Shown: positions 38,497 through 47,871 of the stretch, piece by piece
Position numbering within the stretch: position 1 is the first letter of the stretch
Layout: every line of letters begins with the position of its first letter
IMG/VR virus record: IMGVR_UViG_3300027759_000075
Coordinates: 10,333-74,332 of that record
DNA length: 64,000 bases
DNA from: a virus
Direction: 5' to 3' (one strand)
Made by a program: the position numbers and the translations under genes
The notes under the pieces: model-generated
What the model was told of the DNA's origin: nothing
Databases searched by the model: none
Seen by the model: only the letters and a program-made list of their open reading frames with translations

Positions 38497-38944
38497 TATC
38501 GAATCCCTTTTGTTGAATATATTTAGCCCATTCTACACATTTGGTTAGTTGATTTTCTAGTTGTTTTTTGTGTATGATCTTGCTTTCTAGCTTGGTTAAA
38601 ATAGTTTCACGTAACGCTGGGCTTTGACTACGGTCACCTACAGCAGCTCTAGCATTGATATCCTGTGTCAATGCATTTAATTTGTTGTCTACTGTTAGCA
38701 GTTCACGTGCTGTATTGTAGGCACGGTTTTTGTCGGCTATACACCAACTGAGTGCAGTTTTAGTACTGTGGAATGTGCCCACTTCTGTGGCTGAACAAAA
38801 TACTTGGTATCCAGGACGCAACGGAACAATGCGATATCGTCCAAATGCTTCGTATTCGCCTGCATCGGTTTGCCAGATCAAATTAGGAGTAATATTCTTA
38901 AATTCCTGGCGAAACAGGCGTTCAAATTCTTGGTCTGGCTTCAT
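38447..38944 (-). CDS. Hypothetical protein
   Basis: 165 aa; ATGA-coupled. Confidence 0.55.
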   Translation of the reverse strand: MKPDQEFERLFRQEFKNITPNLIWQTDAGEYEAFGRYRIVPLRPGYQVFCSATEVGTFHSTKTALSWCIADKNRAYNTARELLTVDNKLNALTQDINARAAVGDRSQSPALRETILTKLESKIIHKKQLENQLTKCVEWAKYIQQKGFDNETARTGRSQPNKTSR

Positions 38945-39204
38945 TTAAGAACGTAGTGAGATATAAGATAAATTACCGAAGCTGCTAAAAATCCAATGAT
39001 TCCAACACCCCACCCAATTAATCTATCTGTGTTTTTTTCACTTAACTTACTTACACTGGATTTAACTTCTTGTACCATAGTGCAAAGATGTGCAATGCTT
39101 TCGCTCATGGCGGACATTTTATCTTCTAGTGCATTATAGCGTTCAGCACACAGTTCCACATGCGCTTCTAGGCTTTTCTTTTCAATATCCGTAGCTTCAA
39201 TCAT
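38941..39204 (-). CDS. Small coiled-coil protein with C-terminal TM (holin/XhlA-like architecture)
   Basis: LEAHVELCAERY coiled coil followed by LIGWGVGIIGFLAASVIYLI. Confidence 0.5.
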   Translation of the reverse strand: MIEATDIEKKSLEAHVELCAERYNALEDKMSAMSESIAHLCTMVQEVKSSVSKLSEKNTDRLIGWGVGIIGFLAASVIYLISHYVLK

Positions 39205-39248
39205 AGTATTTTCTCTATTTTTGTGGATCGGCTCTTGTGCAGATCCTA

Positions 39249-39677
39249 TTAATTATTTATGGAAATAGGTGCAAACCAAATGTTTTGTTTGGGTCCGTCG
39301 GTGACTAAAATAGATTCAATATCTGGAGTGTTATTGAGTTCACGCAACATAGGAACTCCGTTGGCATCTGCTCTTAGCACTTGTGTAGGGTCGTTGTTGG
39401 GGCCATAAATGCCATCGGTTTCTGTTTCAAATTCAAACATCCATCGAGTACCAGTTTGATCCGGTATTGGGTCGGTAAGAGCAAATAATTGTGTGCGAAG
39501 GCCCAGGATTTGTGTAAGTGTTTCCCAATTGCGTTGTTGATTACGACTGCGATTCCAAGATTCAGTATCTTGTATCAATTGTCCAGCACGATCCCGGAAT
39601 GGCATATGAGCTGATTTAAAATGACCAGTTATGCCGGTCACGGTAATATCAAATTGAGTTTGACAGGCAAACTTCAT
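39249..39677 (-). CDS. Hypothetical protein
   Basis: T.FDIT.TG..G and RNQQRNWET..Q.L.LR motifs. Confidence 0.6.
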   Translation of the reverse strand: MKFACQTQFDITVTGITGHFKSAHMPFRDRAGQLIQDTESWNRSRNQQRNWETLTQILGLRTQLFALTDPIPDQTGTRWMFEFETETDGIYGPNNDPTQVLRADANGVPMLRELNNTPDIESILVTDGPKQNIWFAPISINN

Positions 39678-39928
39678 TTGGAGTTCCTACCGAGTTCATA
39701 TAGGATTTCAACCTGTTCACACAAGTGGTCGAGTTCTGGATCGTCTCGTCGAGCTTGTAAAATTTCTACCCAACGTTTTGAATTTTCTAAATCTTTAAGT
39801 TCTTGTTGCAAGGCCGGATCTTGACTGTACAATTCTCGGTTGGTATTACCGGGTTGCCGGGCATATACTGTACGTCCACCATCAGGACTTTCAAATATTG
39901 TTACTTCGGTAATTTTATTAACCATCAT
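39674..39928 (-). CDS. Hypothetical protein
   Basis: IFESPDGGRTVYAR motif. Confidence 0.6.
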   Translation of the reverse strand: MMVNKITEVTIFESPDGGRTVYARQPGNTNRELYSQDPALQQELKDLENSKRWVEILQARRDDPELDHLCEQVEILYELGRNSK

Positions 39929-39960
39929 ACCAGTATTTAAGTTATTATATTAAAGTCAAC

Positions 39961-39984
39961 AAAAAACCCACCGAAGTGGGTTTT
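39961..39984 (-). terminator. Rho-independent terminator with cUUCGg tetraloop
   Basis: AACCCAC-TTCG-GTGGGTT followed by a T run on the - strand. Confidence 0.9.
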
Positions 39985-40004
39985 GAGCATCAATAAAAAA
40001 TTGA

Positions 40005-40394
40005 TTAGGTTGACAACTTGAAACCAACATTGGTTGAGCTGTTGATTTGATTAACACCAACAACACCAGCTGTGTTAGCTGCAGCTGTTGCAACTGTGGT
40101 GTTAGCAAATGCGCCAGTAGGATAGAGACCAACGCTGAGGGCTGTGCCATCAACTTGATACATCGCAACTGTGGTTGTTTGCTGAAGAGCTTGCAACACG
40201 TTAGCCACGAAACCGTTAACTTCACCTTGTGTGTTCATTGTGTTAGCAGCAACGAAACGGAAAAAGTCTAGTTTAGGACCTTGTGGTTGAACTGAATTAC
40301 CAGCTAGGCTGGTACTTTGTGGCAATGGACCATTCAATGTGTCTAATGCAAATACTGGTTGTGATCCACCAGAAACTACGGTAATATAAGCCAT
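40005..40394 (-). CDS. Probable abundant small virion protein
   Basis: Own TAAATA promoter, AAGGAG SD and strong terminator; Ala/Thr/Val/Asn-rich with few charged residues. Confidence 0.55.
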   Translation of the reverse strand: MAYITVVSGGSQPVFALDTLNGPLPQSTSLAGNSVQPQGPKLDFFRFVAANTMNTQGEVNGFVANVLQALQQTTTVAMYQVDGTALSVGLYPTGAFANTTVATAAANTAGVVGVNQINSSTNVGFKLST

Positions 40395-40463
40395 TTTAAA
40401 TCTCCTTAATATATGGACACTGAGGTCCTGCTAATATTTACCTTTTGGGACAAAAAAGTAGAG

Positions 40464-42377
40464 TTAGGCTGGTTGTTTTGAGTTGTTTATTTCGCGATTG
40501 GCCGCTGTAAATCCACCGGCTAAGCGGTTAACAGCCTTGGCCATGCCGGCTCCTGTGGCCATTACCCAGCCTTCTTGACCCGGATGTTGTAGATCCAATT
40601 GATTTAAAATATCCATCTTGATATCGTGTAGCAAGACCCAGGCTGTAAATGCCGCGGCCATGCCATCTAAATTGCTACGTGGGCTTTGGATATATTCTAC
40701 AATGTTGTTGAACTTTTTAGGGGTAACGTGTTGTTGGAGCCATGGTCCAAACTGCGCCAATAAATTATCAAACCCAGTGCCTACTCTACTATTAATATAG
40801 TCTATACATAATCGAGGCAAATCAGTGATTTGTAATGCACGAAGATCTGTAGGATCAAACAGCTGATCAATTGCAGCACCTTGACTGTTGTACACATCTT
40901 TAACTTGCTGTACTAGCTGACGATTTGGTCGTACATTTTCTTTGGCATACACCGGCTCTAATAGCAGTAGTCCAGGAACCTGTTTAAAATCAACACGGCC
41001 AATAGGCTCTTTAGGAGAACCAGGTTCTGCATACCGTGTGTGCATGGCAATACCAACTTTGCTATTGGTAATACGTTGACCTACATCGCTTGCCACTGGA
41101 ATTTTATATTCTACAGTGTTGGGTGTAAACACAAAATTACCGGCTTGTTCAGGAGGACGCTGTGTGTACAACAGGTCGCCTTGCACATATCCTTTAAAAT
41201 CTTTAGGAACAGCAGATTCTAACATGGGCCATAATTGAACATACAAAGGCAACAGTGTTTCAACGCGAGTAGCTGGTCGGCCTTGTGCTTCAGCATCACG
41301 ATCACGCTGTTCCAAATGTCTTGCCACTTGTCGTGGACTTGTAAACAGACCATTATATCCTCGAGCTGTAAATCCTGATACATCAGTAAGAACAAATGTT
41401 CCCTCTGGATCACGACCAAATACTAGAGCAGGTTTGCCATCCCACTTGACTGTGGTGGTTTTGCCTGTGTCAGCTGAGGTATGTTTGACAATGTCTAGAG
41501 CTTTTTTAATACCTGCACTGCCGCTACGGAACACAAGATCTTCTAAGTGTTCGATGCCTTTGGCACGGCCGCCTTGAACCTCGGCTTCAACAATGACCTG
41601 CATGCCTTGATTCACAATACGATCACGTAGTTTGGCTAAGAAGTTTACATCACTAACCGGTTGATATAGTTCTGCACTTTCAAGGAATGGCAGGCCTTCG
41701 CGTTCCATGTGTTGTTTAAAGTCTGCTAATTTAGCGTCACGGTTGGGATCTGTGCTAAGTGCTTGTAGAATTGTTTCTACACTGGCCAAGTCTTGACGTG
41801 TAGCTGTTTTATTCAATAATAATTTGGCTACAGCATCTGGATTGTCAGTAATAATTTTGTTGGTGGCACGATCAGCAATTCCAGCAATTTGATTCAATTT
41901 GTAACCCATGCTTTTGGCAACTGAATTCATTAGCACATTGCGCTCACGACCTTTGTACTTTGAATCTGTGGGCATGGCACCAAGTACAAATTTGCTCCAA
42001 GGTATGTTGTTTAAAAACATAAAGTCTGTTTGCACATACCCTAGGTCTGGACGACCGTTGATAGGTGTTTTAAAATGTACGCCAGCGCCGGTTTGTTTGA
42101 CCCAGTCTTCGGGTTTTTGTTTTTGGCTGGTTGCCCAGCGTGTTAATTGTGCTATTAATTGTTCTTTGGTTAATTGTTTGGCGTCAACAGCAATATCCAA
42201 ATCGCCTGAGGTGTCTTTAATGCCGGTTGATCCCAGGGTGTTGTTTTGTAGGTCAAGTCCTGGCAACATTTGCTCAAGCCATGCTAGGGTTGTTTTTACG
42301 TCAGTCTGATTAATGCGTTGGGTTAACGCACGGCCGTTGCCGTCTTTGAACACATTACCGCCTTCAAGTATGTTCAT
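40464..42377 (-). CDS. Two-domain protein: Pol-beta-type nucleotidyltransferase plus KxDG ligase-like domain
   Basis: LGSTG..SGDLDIAVD...QTDFMF in the N-terminal half; TVKWDG, VQGDLLY and QEGWVM..K in the C-terminal half. Confidence 0.6.
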   Translation of the reverse strand: MNILEGGNVFKDGNGRALTQRINQTDVKTTLAWLEQMLPGLDLQNNTLGSTGIKDTSGDLDIAVDAKQLTKEQLIAQLTRWATSQKQKPEDWVKQTGAGVHFKTPINGRPDLGYVQTDFMFLNNIPWSKFVLGAMPTDSKYKGRERNVLMNSVAKSMGYKLNQIAGIADRATNKIITDNPDAVAKLLLNKTATRQDLASVETILQALSTDPNRDAKLADFKQHMEREGLPFLESAELYQPVSDVNFLAKLRDRIVNQGMQVIVEAEVQGGRAKGIEHLEDLVFRSGSAGIKKALDIVKHTSADTGKTTTVKWDGKPALVFGRDPEGTFVLTDVSGFTARGYNGLFTSPRQVARHLEQRDRDAEAQGRPATRVETLLPLYVQLWPMLESAVPKDFKGYVQGDLLYTQRPPEQAGNFVFTPNTVEYKIPVASDVGQRITNSKVGIAMHTRYAEPGSPKEPIGRVDFKQVPGLLLLEPVYAKENVRPNRQLVQQVKDVYNSQGAAIDQLFDPTDLRALQITDLPRLCIDYINSRVGTGFDNLLAQFGPWLQQHVTPKKFNNIVEYIQSPRSNLDGMAAAFTAWVLLHDIKMDILNQLDLQHPGQEGWVMATGAGMAKAVNRLAGGFTAANREINNSKQPA

Positions 42378-43564
42378 TAGAGACCCTGAAAACCCATTAG
42401 TAGTAACAATCCATCCGCCGCAGGGTTGCCTGTTGATTTTACTTGTTTAGTGCCAGTTAGTTTTGCCGCTGTTGCGCCAAGTGCCGGTAGGCCTTTAGCA
42501 ATTGCTGGATCCAGTTGTTGTTTTAATGTTTGTGCCATTCCTTCTGCATCTTGAGTGCTGCCCTGAGTACCACCCGGTGCAATAGTTGACTGACCGGTGG
42601 CATTGCCGTTGCCTGCGCCCGGAGCTGATGTTTGTGCCAATCCTGCCTGTTGAACCAATTGTTTAAATAATTCTTTTTCGTTGGTCGGTGCAACAGCAGG
42701 TGCAGGTGCTGCTGGTGTTGCAGGTGCGGGGGTTGCCGGTGGTTTAGCAGTTGCTGGTGTTGCAGGTGTAGGTTGACCAGCAACCGGTGCTGGTGCGTTT
42801 CTTTGCGCCGATCTTGCTGCCAATCCGCCAACAGGTCGTGCTGTGGGTTTTACAGTAGGGATTGCTTCTTCAAGATCCGATGTCATTCCTTGTATTCCAC
42901 CTTTTGGTTTACCATATGCCTTTATTGTATTTTTTCCTTTAGGACTGTTGGCAACACTGGCAGGCATCTGTCCAGGTTTTGCTGGTGCAGTGGCAGAAGG
43001 AACTCTACCAAATGTTGCCGCAGGTTTCTGTCCTTGCACTTGTTGTTGTAGAGCTGTTGCTTGTTGCAATGGTGTTTGTTGTGGCTGATTAGGATTGCCT
43101 GATTTAGCTACATTAGTTTTACTAATTGGGGCCGTGGCCGCGCCGGCACTTGCGGTATTAGTTTGTGTTGCAGGCGGTTGTTGTGCAGGTGCCCCACTAT
43201 TGCTTATTTGTTTGACCAGACTGACAATTTTATCTTTGTTAATAACATTTGGCAAATACATACCACCAAGTAAATTTTTGTTTACAAATGCTAATAATGC
43301 TTGTTCAAGTTGCCCGTTTGCACGGGCATTTGGATTGGTTCTTAGCAACTGTCTTTCATATTTTTTCCATATAGGATAGGCCTTATTAAACAGCTCACCA
43401 GTTTTACGATCTGCAGATGCATCTTGATAAGCACCTTTAAAATTTGAAACAGCACCGCCTACTTTTTGAGCGGCTCCCTTGGCTTTGTTTGCAATCCATT
43501 CAGAAGGAAGTGTAACTTCTTCTAGTTCAAATTGTTTCTTTTTTGTTAGTTCATGAATTTGCAT
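42377..43564 (-). CDS. Pro/Ala/Gln-rich low-complexity protein, probable internal head protein
   Basis: Starts MQIHE; LEE sites; PATPAPATPAAP repeats. Confidence 0.5.
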   Translation of the reverse strand: MQIHELTKKKQFELEEVTLPSEWIANKAKGAAQKVGGAVSNFKGAYQDASADRKTGELFNKAYPIWKKYERQLLRTNPNARANGQLEQALLAFVNKNLLGGMYLPNVINKDKIVSLVKQISNSGAPAQQPPATQTNTASAGAATAPISKTNVAKSGNPNQPQQTPLQQATALQQQVQGQKPAATFGRVPSATAPAKPGQMPASVANSPKGKNTIKAYGKPKGGIQGMTSDLEEAIPTVKPTARPVGGLAARSAQRNAPAPVAGQPTPATPATAKPPATPAPATPAAPAPAVAPTNEKELFKQLVQQAGLAQTSAPGAGNGNATGQSTIAPGGTQGSTQDAEGMAQTLKQQLDPAIAKGLPALGATAAKLTGTKQVKSTGNPAADGLLLLMGFQGL

Positions 43565-43799
43565 CTGTGCGTCTCACTGTGCGTGTAAATTTGCCTGGGT
43601 CACGCTGATTAATAGCGTTGAGTAATTTTCTCTGTAGATTCTGAGCATCTTCTACACTGTAACTGGAGTCAATCTGCTCTAGCAAGCGTATAGCACTAGA
43701 TATAATGTTGGTGGCGCGGTTTTCAATAACATGGCGTTGATCACGCTCAACATACATTGAGTCTAATTCTTCCAATAAACTACGTGTTTTCTTTTGCAT
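43551..43799 (-). CDS. Hypothetical protein
   Basis: 82 aa (MQKKTRSLLEEL...); TAAATA upstream. Confidence 0.6.
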   Translation of the reverse strand: MQKKTRSLLEELDSMYVERDQRHVIENRATNIISSAIRLLEQIDSSYSVEDAQNLQRKLLNAINQRDPGKFTRTVRRTDANS

Positions 43800-43819
43800 T
43801 TTAGTCCAGGACCTTTTTA

Positions 43820-44383
43820 TTATTTATTCGGTTTTAAATGGTTTGCCCGGATCTCTATCAATGGAATTATGCAAGGATGGGCCATAACCCATGCAATAGT
43901 ATCAGCAATGTGGGTTAACTCTAACCATGTTTCATGCCCCGGAGCATTATCGTTTAATCCGCCAGCAATAATGTGTGTGGTCTTAATATTGTTTAATCCA
44001 TTTAACTGCAAACTACGGTCTTTTAACGCTCTTTTTTGAATTGAATAGGTGCCATATAGTTTGTCTTTGGCTTTATTATCGTTTATACCTATGTACTCTG
44101 CTGTGCTTCCGATATTAATAATGTGACCATAGATTCCAAGTTTAGCCCACTCCTCGTGTGTTGTCTCTAATAAAGCTAGTTGACCGTTACCACAGATAAA
44201 AGAACTATTAATAAATATGGTGTAGTGAGCAATTTGTTGTCTAAAATGTTGTTCGCTACCTGGATCCCAAAATCTTAAATCATACCCTGTAGCTCGACTA
44301 GCAAACTCCGCAGAAGGAAAACGTTGTTTTACTGCGCTAGCCACTGTCGAATGATATGGATTTCCAGAACATAATATATTCAT
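43820..44383 (-). CDS. Short-chain dehydrogenase/reductase-like protein (divergent)
   Basis: FINSS, HIINIGS and YSIQK (YxxxK); degenerate glycine motif. Confidence 0.65.
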   Translation of the reverse strand: MNILCSGNPYHSTVASAVKQRFPSAEFASRATGYDLRFWDPGSEQHFRQQIAHYTIFINSSFICGNGQLALLETTHEEWAKLGIYGHIINIGSTAEYIGINDNKAKDKLYGTYSIQKRALKDRSLQLNGLNNIKTTHIIAGGLNDNAPGHETWLELTHIADTIAWVMAHPCIIPLIEIRANHLKPNK

Positions 44384-45516
44384 AGTAGTTGACTCCATTC
44401 TGGAAACACACTTTTATAATCAATTTGACGAATTTGGTCAATTTTTTGAATAAGCTCCCAGAACGCCAAGTGTGGAGTATTGTCGATTTCAATCCCGTCT
44501 AACAACTTGTGCAATTGCGGATAGTTTGAGAATCTGTCAGATAAAATTTTCTTTGCAGTAGAATTTAAGTGCACAATATTAAAATCTCCAATAGCACGTT
44601 GAAAAATTAAATTTACAGGATCTCCATATCGATTAGTTAAAAAATTAGATTGGTACCAATCTACTAATTCTGTTAGATAATATAAATTTAAATAACTCCA
44701 AGTACAATTTATGTTAAACATATGATTATGAGGCATATTTTCTTGATACCATAATAAATTATTAGTTACCGATTTCCAATCTGCACCAGTTCGTTGATAA
44801 TTAAATCTATCGCCTACGTCATCGATGCTAAAATATAATTCAATTAACTGACATTCTCCCCACAAATTTAATAATTCTTGTGTGGCTTGTTGTGTACCAT
44901 TGGTATTATAAAATACACGAACATTGTCAAGGCCTTTAACTTTTTTTATTTCTTTAAGTAAATTAATATGGTTATTGCTCATCAGCGGCTCGCCGCCACC
45001 ATGAAAGTGCAAAGTTTTTATATTTTTAAGTAATTTTGAATCAAATGTTTCAAGTTGATTAAATTTTTCATATTTGAATTGATCGATTGTCTTAAGGGGG
45101 TAAAGTTTTTGATAGTCAGATACCCACGCTGTACTGTTGTGTGGGCCACATATAACACATTTTAAATTGCAAAGATTTCCTACGCTGTAATCTAAACCTT
45201 GTGGTGCATTTAAATCAATGTCGGTATCATAATGATAGTTTTCATATAAATTTTGGCTGGCTAAGCGACGACTTACTAATCCGTTTTCTTCAGCTTTGTA
45301 ACAACTAGAACATCCGGGAATAGGAGTATCTGTTTCTACACATCGTTTTAATTCTGCACGTTCTGGGCCATTCCAGATGCTATCTAAATCAAATACCTCA
45401 GACGTTTTAATATATCCTTTAAAGAAACTGCATGGATTATAACCTAATTGACCGTTGTAGGACCATATGGCAAGATTTTTATATATTTCATAACAGAAAT
45501 ATTTCTTGTCTTTCAT
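44380..45516 (-). CDS. Radical SAM protein with N-terminal auxiliary-cluster (Twitch/SPASM-like) Cys
   Basis: CNLKCVIC, GGEPL, YNTNGT, FSID; extra Cys in the N-terminal region. Confidence 0.88.
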   Translation of the reverse strand: MKDKKYFCYEIYKNLAIWSYNGQLGYNPCSFFKGYIKTSEVFDLDSIWNGPERAELKRCVETDTPIPGCSSCYKAEENGLVSRRLASQNLYENYHYDTDIDLNAPQGLDYSVGNLCNLKCVICGPHNSTAWVSDYQKLYPLKTIDQFKYEKFNQLETFDSKLLKNIKTLHFHGGGEPLMSNNHINLLKEIKKVKGLDNVRVFYNTNGTQQATQELLNLWGECQLIELYFSIDDVGDRFNYQRTGADWKSVTNNLLWYQENMPHNHMFNINCTWSYLNLYYLTELVDWYQSNFLTNRYGDPVNLIFQRAIGDFNIVHLNSTAKKILSDRFSNYPQLHKLLDGIEIDNTPHLAFWELIQKIDQIRQIDYKSVFPEWSQLL

Positions 45517-46922
45517 GACTGTTTGATTTGGCCTAGCAATTGTTTTAACTTGGCACTTTGCACATCTGCTGTAATTTTTACATTGTCTTCGCGCTCAACT
45601 GGACTAGCAGGCTCTGTTCCGTTAATCATTGTGCTTTTTGCTTTGATACTATCTAGTAAATTGCCTTTGGCAAAGGAATTAACAGGGCCGGCTTCCTCGC
45701 CTGGGTCAGTGATGCGCATGGTTTCAATGTTATAATCTAAATCAATTTTCATGCCTACACCTGTACTACTACGACTCTTCATACATTGTATTTGATACTT
45801 GCCACGCTCACGCATGGCACGGCTTGTGAAGATACCAAACACGTTGTCAGCTGTATTGATCTTAGAGATACCACCTGAAATATGACTGTGATCAAATTCT
45901 ACTTCTTCTACAGCACTACGATTCAACTGCGACGCTGTGACAAACAACACATTGAGTTCTTTGGCCAAGTTGCGCAACTCTTCACTCACATATTTGTCTT
46001 TGACAAACAAGTCATTTGGGCTTACTTTGGCGCTGACCGGCATCAACAAATCCAAGTAATCGCACATGATAAAATCTACTCGAATGCCTGTCTGTACTTG
46101 AACTTCTTTTATGTAACTGCGAATGTCATTGATGTTGCTCTGCGCCGGCAATGCTTTAATACGATACTGCCCAGCTTTCTTACTTACAAGTTTAACTTTA
46201 AGTTCGGTTTGATCAATGTCTTTGCGGATTTCTTTTGTGCTCATCCCGGCCAACATGGCATCAGTTCTTAGGGCGCACAGTTCTTCACTCAGTTCTAAAC
46301 TGATATAAACACCACTGAGTCCGGCCTGTAACCAACTCAATGCTATGTTCATCATAACAAGCGATTTACCCGAACCAGATCCACCGGCAAAAATGTTAAG
46401 TTCGCCACGACTGAATCCACCATACAAGATCTTGTCCATTTGTGGCCATCCTGTTGACACTTGTCCGCCCGAATTAAAGTATTTGTTGATACGAGCCTGC
46501 GGGTCAGCAAAGTAGTCTGTGCCCATGTCCTTGGTCAAACTGATTTGAACTGCATCCTTGATTAGTTTTTCTACAGGATCATACTCGCCTTTTTCCAACA
46601 AGTCGGCTGATTTTAAGATTGCACGTTCTAGTTCTTGTCTGCGAGTAAATCCCTCAAACTCAGTCATAAACCATTCAAAGTGACCTTCGTTTAGGTCAGG
46701 AATGTGATTCAATACCACGCCGGTTGCAGCTCGAATTTGGTCTGTACCCGGTAATGTTTTATATTCATTGCTATGTGTGGCAATAAACTCTGCTACTGGT
46801 CGTAAACTACGATCAAAATTTTCTGGGTTATAGATGTTCTGCACACGCACATAGCTTTCGGCGTCTTGCAACATCATTTCTAAAAATAGTTTTTGGACAT
46901 CAAGCCCGTAGTCTTTTAACAA
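45513..46922 (-). CDS. DnaB-like replicative helicase (T4 gp41-like)
   Basis: GGSGSGKS, SLEL, DYLDL, TASQLNR, KSR. Confidence 0.93.
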   Translation of the reverse strand: MLKDYGLDVQKLFLEMMLQDAESYVRVQNIYNPENFDRSLRPVAEFIATHSNEYKTLPGTDQIRAATGVVLNHIPDLNEGHFEWFMTEFEGFTRRQELERAILKSADLLEKGEYDPVEKLIKDAVQISLTKDMGTDYFADPQARINKYFNSGGQVSTGWPQMDKILYGGFSRGELNIFAGGSGSGKSLVMMNIALSWLQAGLSGVYISLELSEELCALRTDAMLAGMSTKEIRKDIDQTELKVKLVSKKAGQYRIKALPAQSNINDIRSYIKEVQVQTGIRVDFIMCDYLDLLMPVSAKVSPNDLFVKDKYVSEELRNLAKELNVLFVTASQLNRSAVEEVEFDHSHISGGISKINTADNVFGIFTSRAMRERGKYQIQCMKSRSSTGVGMKIDLDYNIETMRITDPGEEAGPVNSFAKGNLLDSIKAKSTMINGTEPASPVEREDNVKITADVQSAKLKQLLGQIKQS

Positions 46923-47871
46923 GTTGTTTCTTCCTTAGTTCTATTTTAATTTTGCTGGTTTCTTTGGCCTGCATAATAGTTATCAATGCGGCCAATCTAC
47001 CCAACTGAATTACTGCATCGTTTACATCTTTAATACCTGCGGGCCACTCAGGCATACTTACTGCCCACCCTAGTTCTACTGCACGATCCACTAACTTCAT
47101 ACCAGCGGCATCTTGATCTGGCACTACTATAGCTTCACGTCCTAGACTGCGTATTAATCTAACTTGTGCATCACTAATTTCTGCGTGTAATACTGCTAGG
47201 CCGTTGATGCTGAGTGCATCAAACACACCTTCTACTATAATTACTGTTTGCCAGTTGGACTTTTGCAAATCTGTGCCAAAAACATAACCCGGTTGTATGT
47301 CTTGAATGTACCTGGGCGTACGATCGTCTAAAAATCTTGTGGTGTGACCAACCACTTGATTATCATGTGTAAATGGAATTACTACTCCAGGACGTGGCAT
47401 GGTTTTATACAAAAATGGATAATCTAGCGGAATACATCTATTCCGCAGATACTCTTTGGCCTGCTCATTAAGTGTTTGTGTATCTGCTGGTAGATCTCTG
47501 TCTTCAAATTCAATATTTTGTAATTTATTAATAATCTCTTGGCGCTCTCCAAGTAAACCTTCTATACTCTTATGTTTAAGGCTTTCAAGATTTATGCGCT
47601 CGATTTCTTCTGTGGGTACGTTCAACCACTCTAATAGCTTACGAGCTTTGAATGTTAAATTTCTACCCAATACAAAACTAGCAGTATAGCCACAATTGAA
47701 ACACGAATAACTCCAGCCAGAATCTGATATTTTTAGACCGCCACGGCCTCTCTTATCTTGTGTGTCGCTACGATGTGTGCAACAAACAGCATTTCCAGAT
47801 AACCAGCCAGAAGATGTTTGCTTAATCTTTCGACCTTGCCTCCAGTAAGTTTCAACTGTCTGATTTATCAA
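46900..47871 (-). CDS. DNA primase (T4 gp61-like)
   Basis: Zn-binding CC...CFNC; TOPRIM VEGVFDA and PDQD; KDVND; probable TTG start overlapping the endonuclease end. Confidence 0.88.
   Translation of the reverse strand: MINQTVETYWRQGRKIKQTSSGWLSGNAVCCTHRSDTQDKRGRGGLKISDSGWSYSCFNCGYTASFVLGRNLTFKARKLLEWLNVPTEEIERINLESLKHKSIEGLLGERQEIINKLQNIEFEDRDLPADTQTLNEQAKEYLRNRCIPLDYPFLYKTMPRPGVVIPFTHDNQVVGHTTRFLDDRTPRYIQDIQPGYVFGTDLQKSNWQTVIIVEGVFDALSINGLAVLHAEISDAQVRLIRSLGREAIVVPDQDAAGMKLVDRAVELGWAVSMPEWPAGIKDVNDAVIQLGRLAALITIMQAKETSKIKIELRKKQLVKRLRA

Noticed and set aside
42680-42800. Short GCAGGT/GCTGGT repeats as a DNA repeat element
   Set aside because: Explained by Pro/Ala/Thr low-complexity coding
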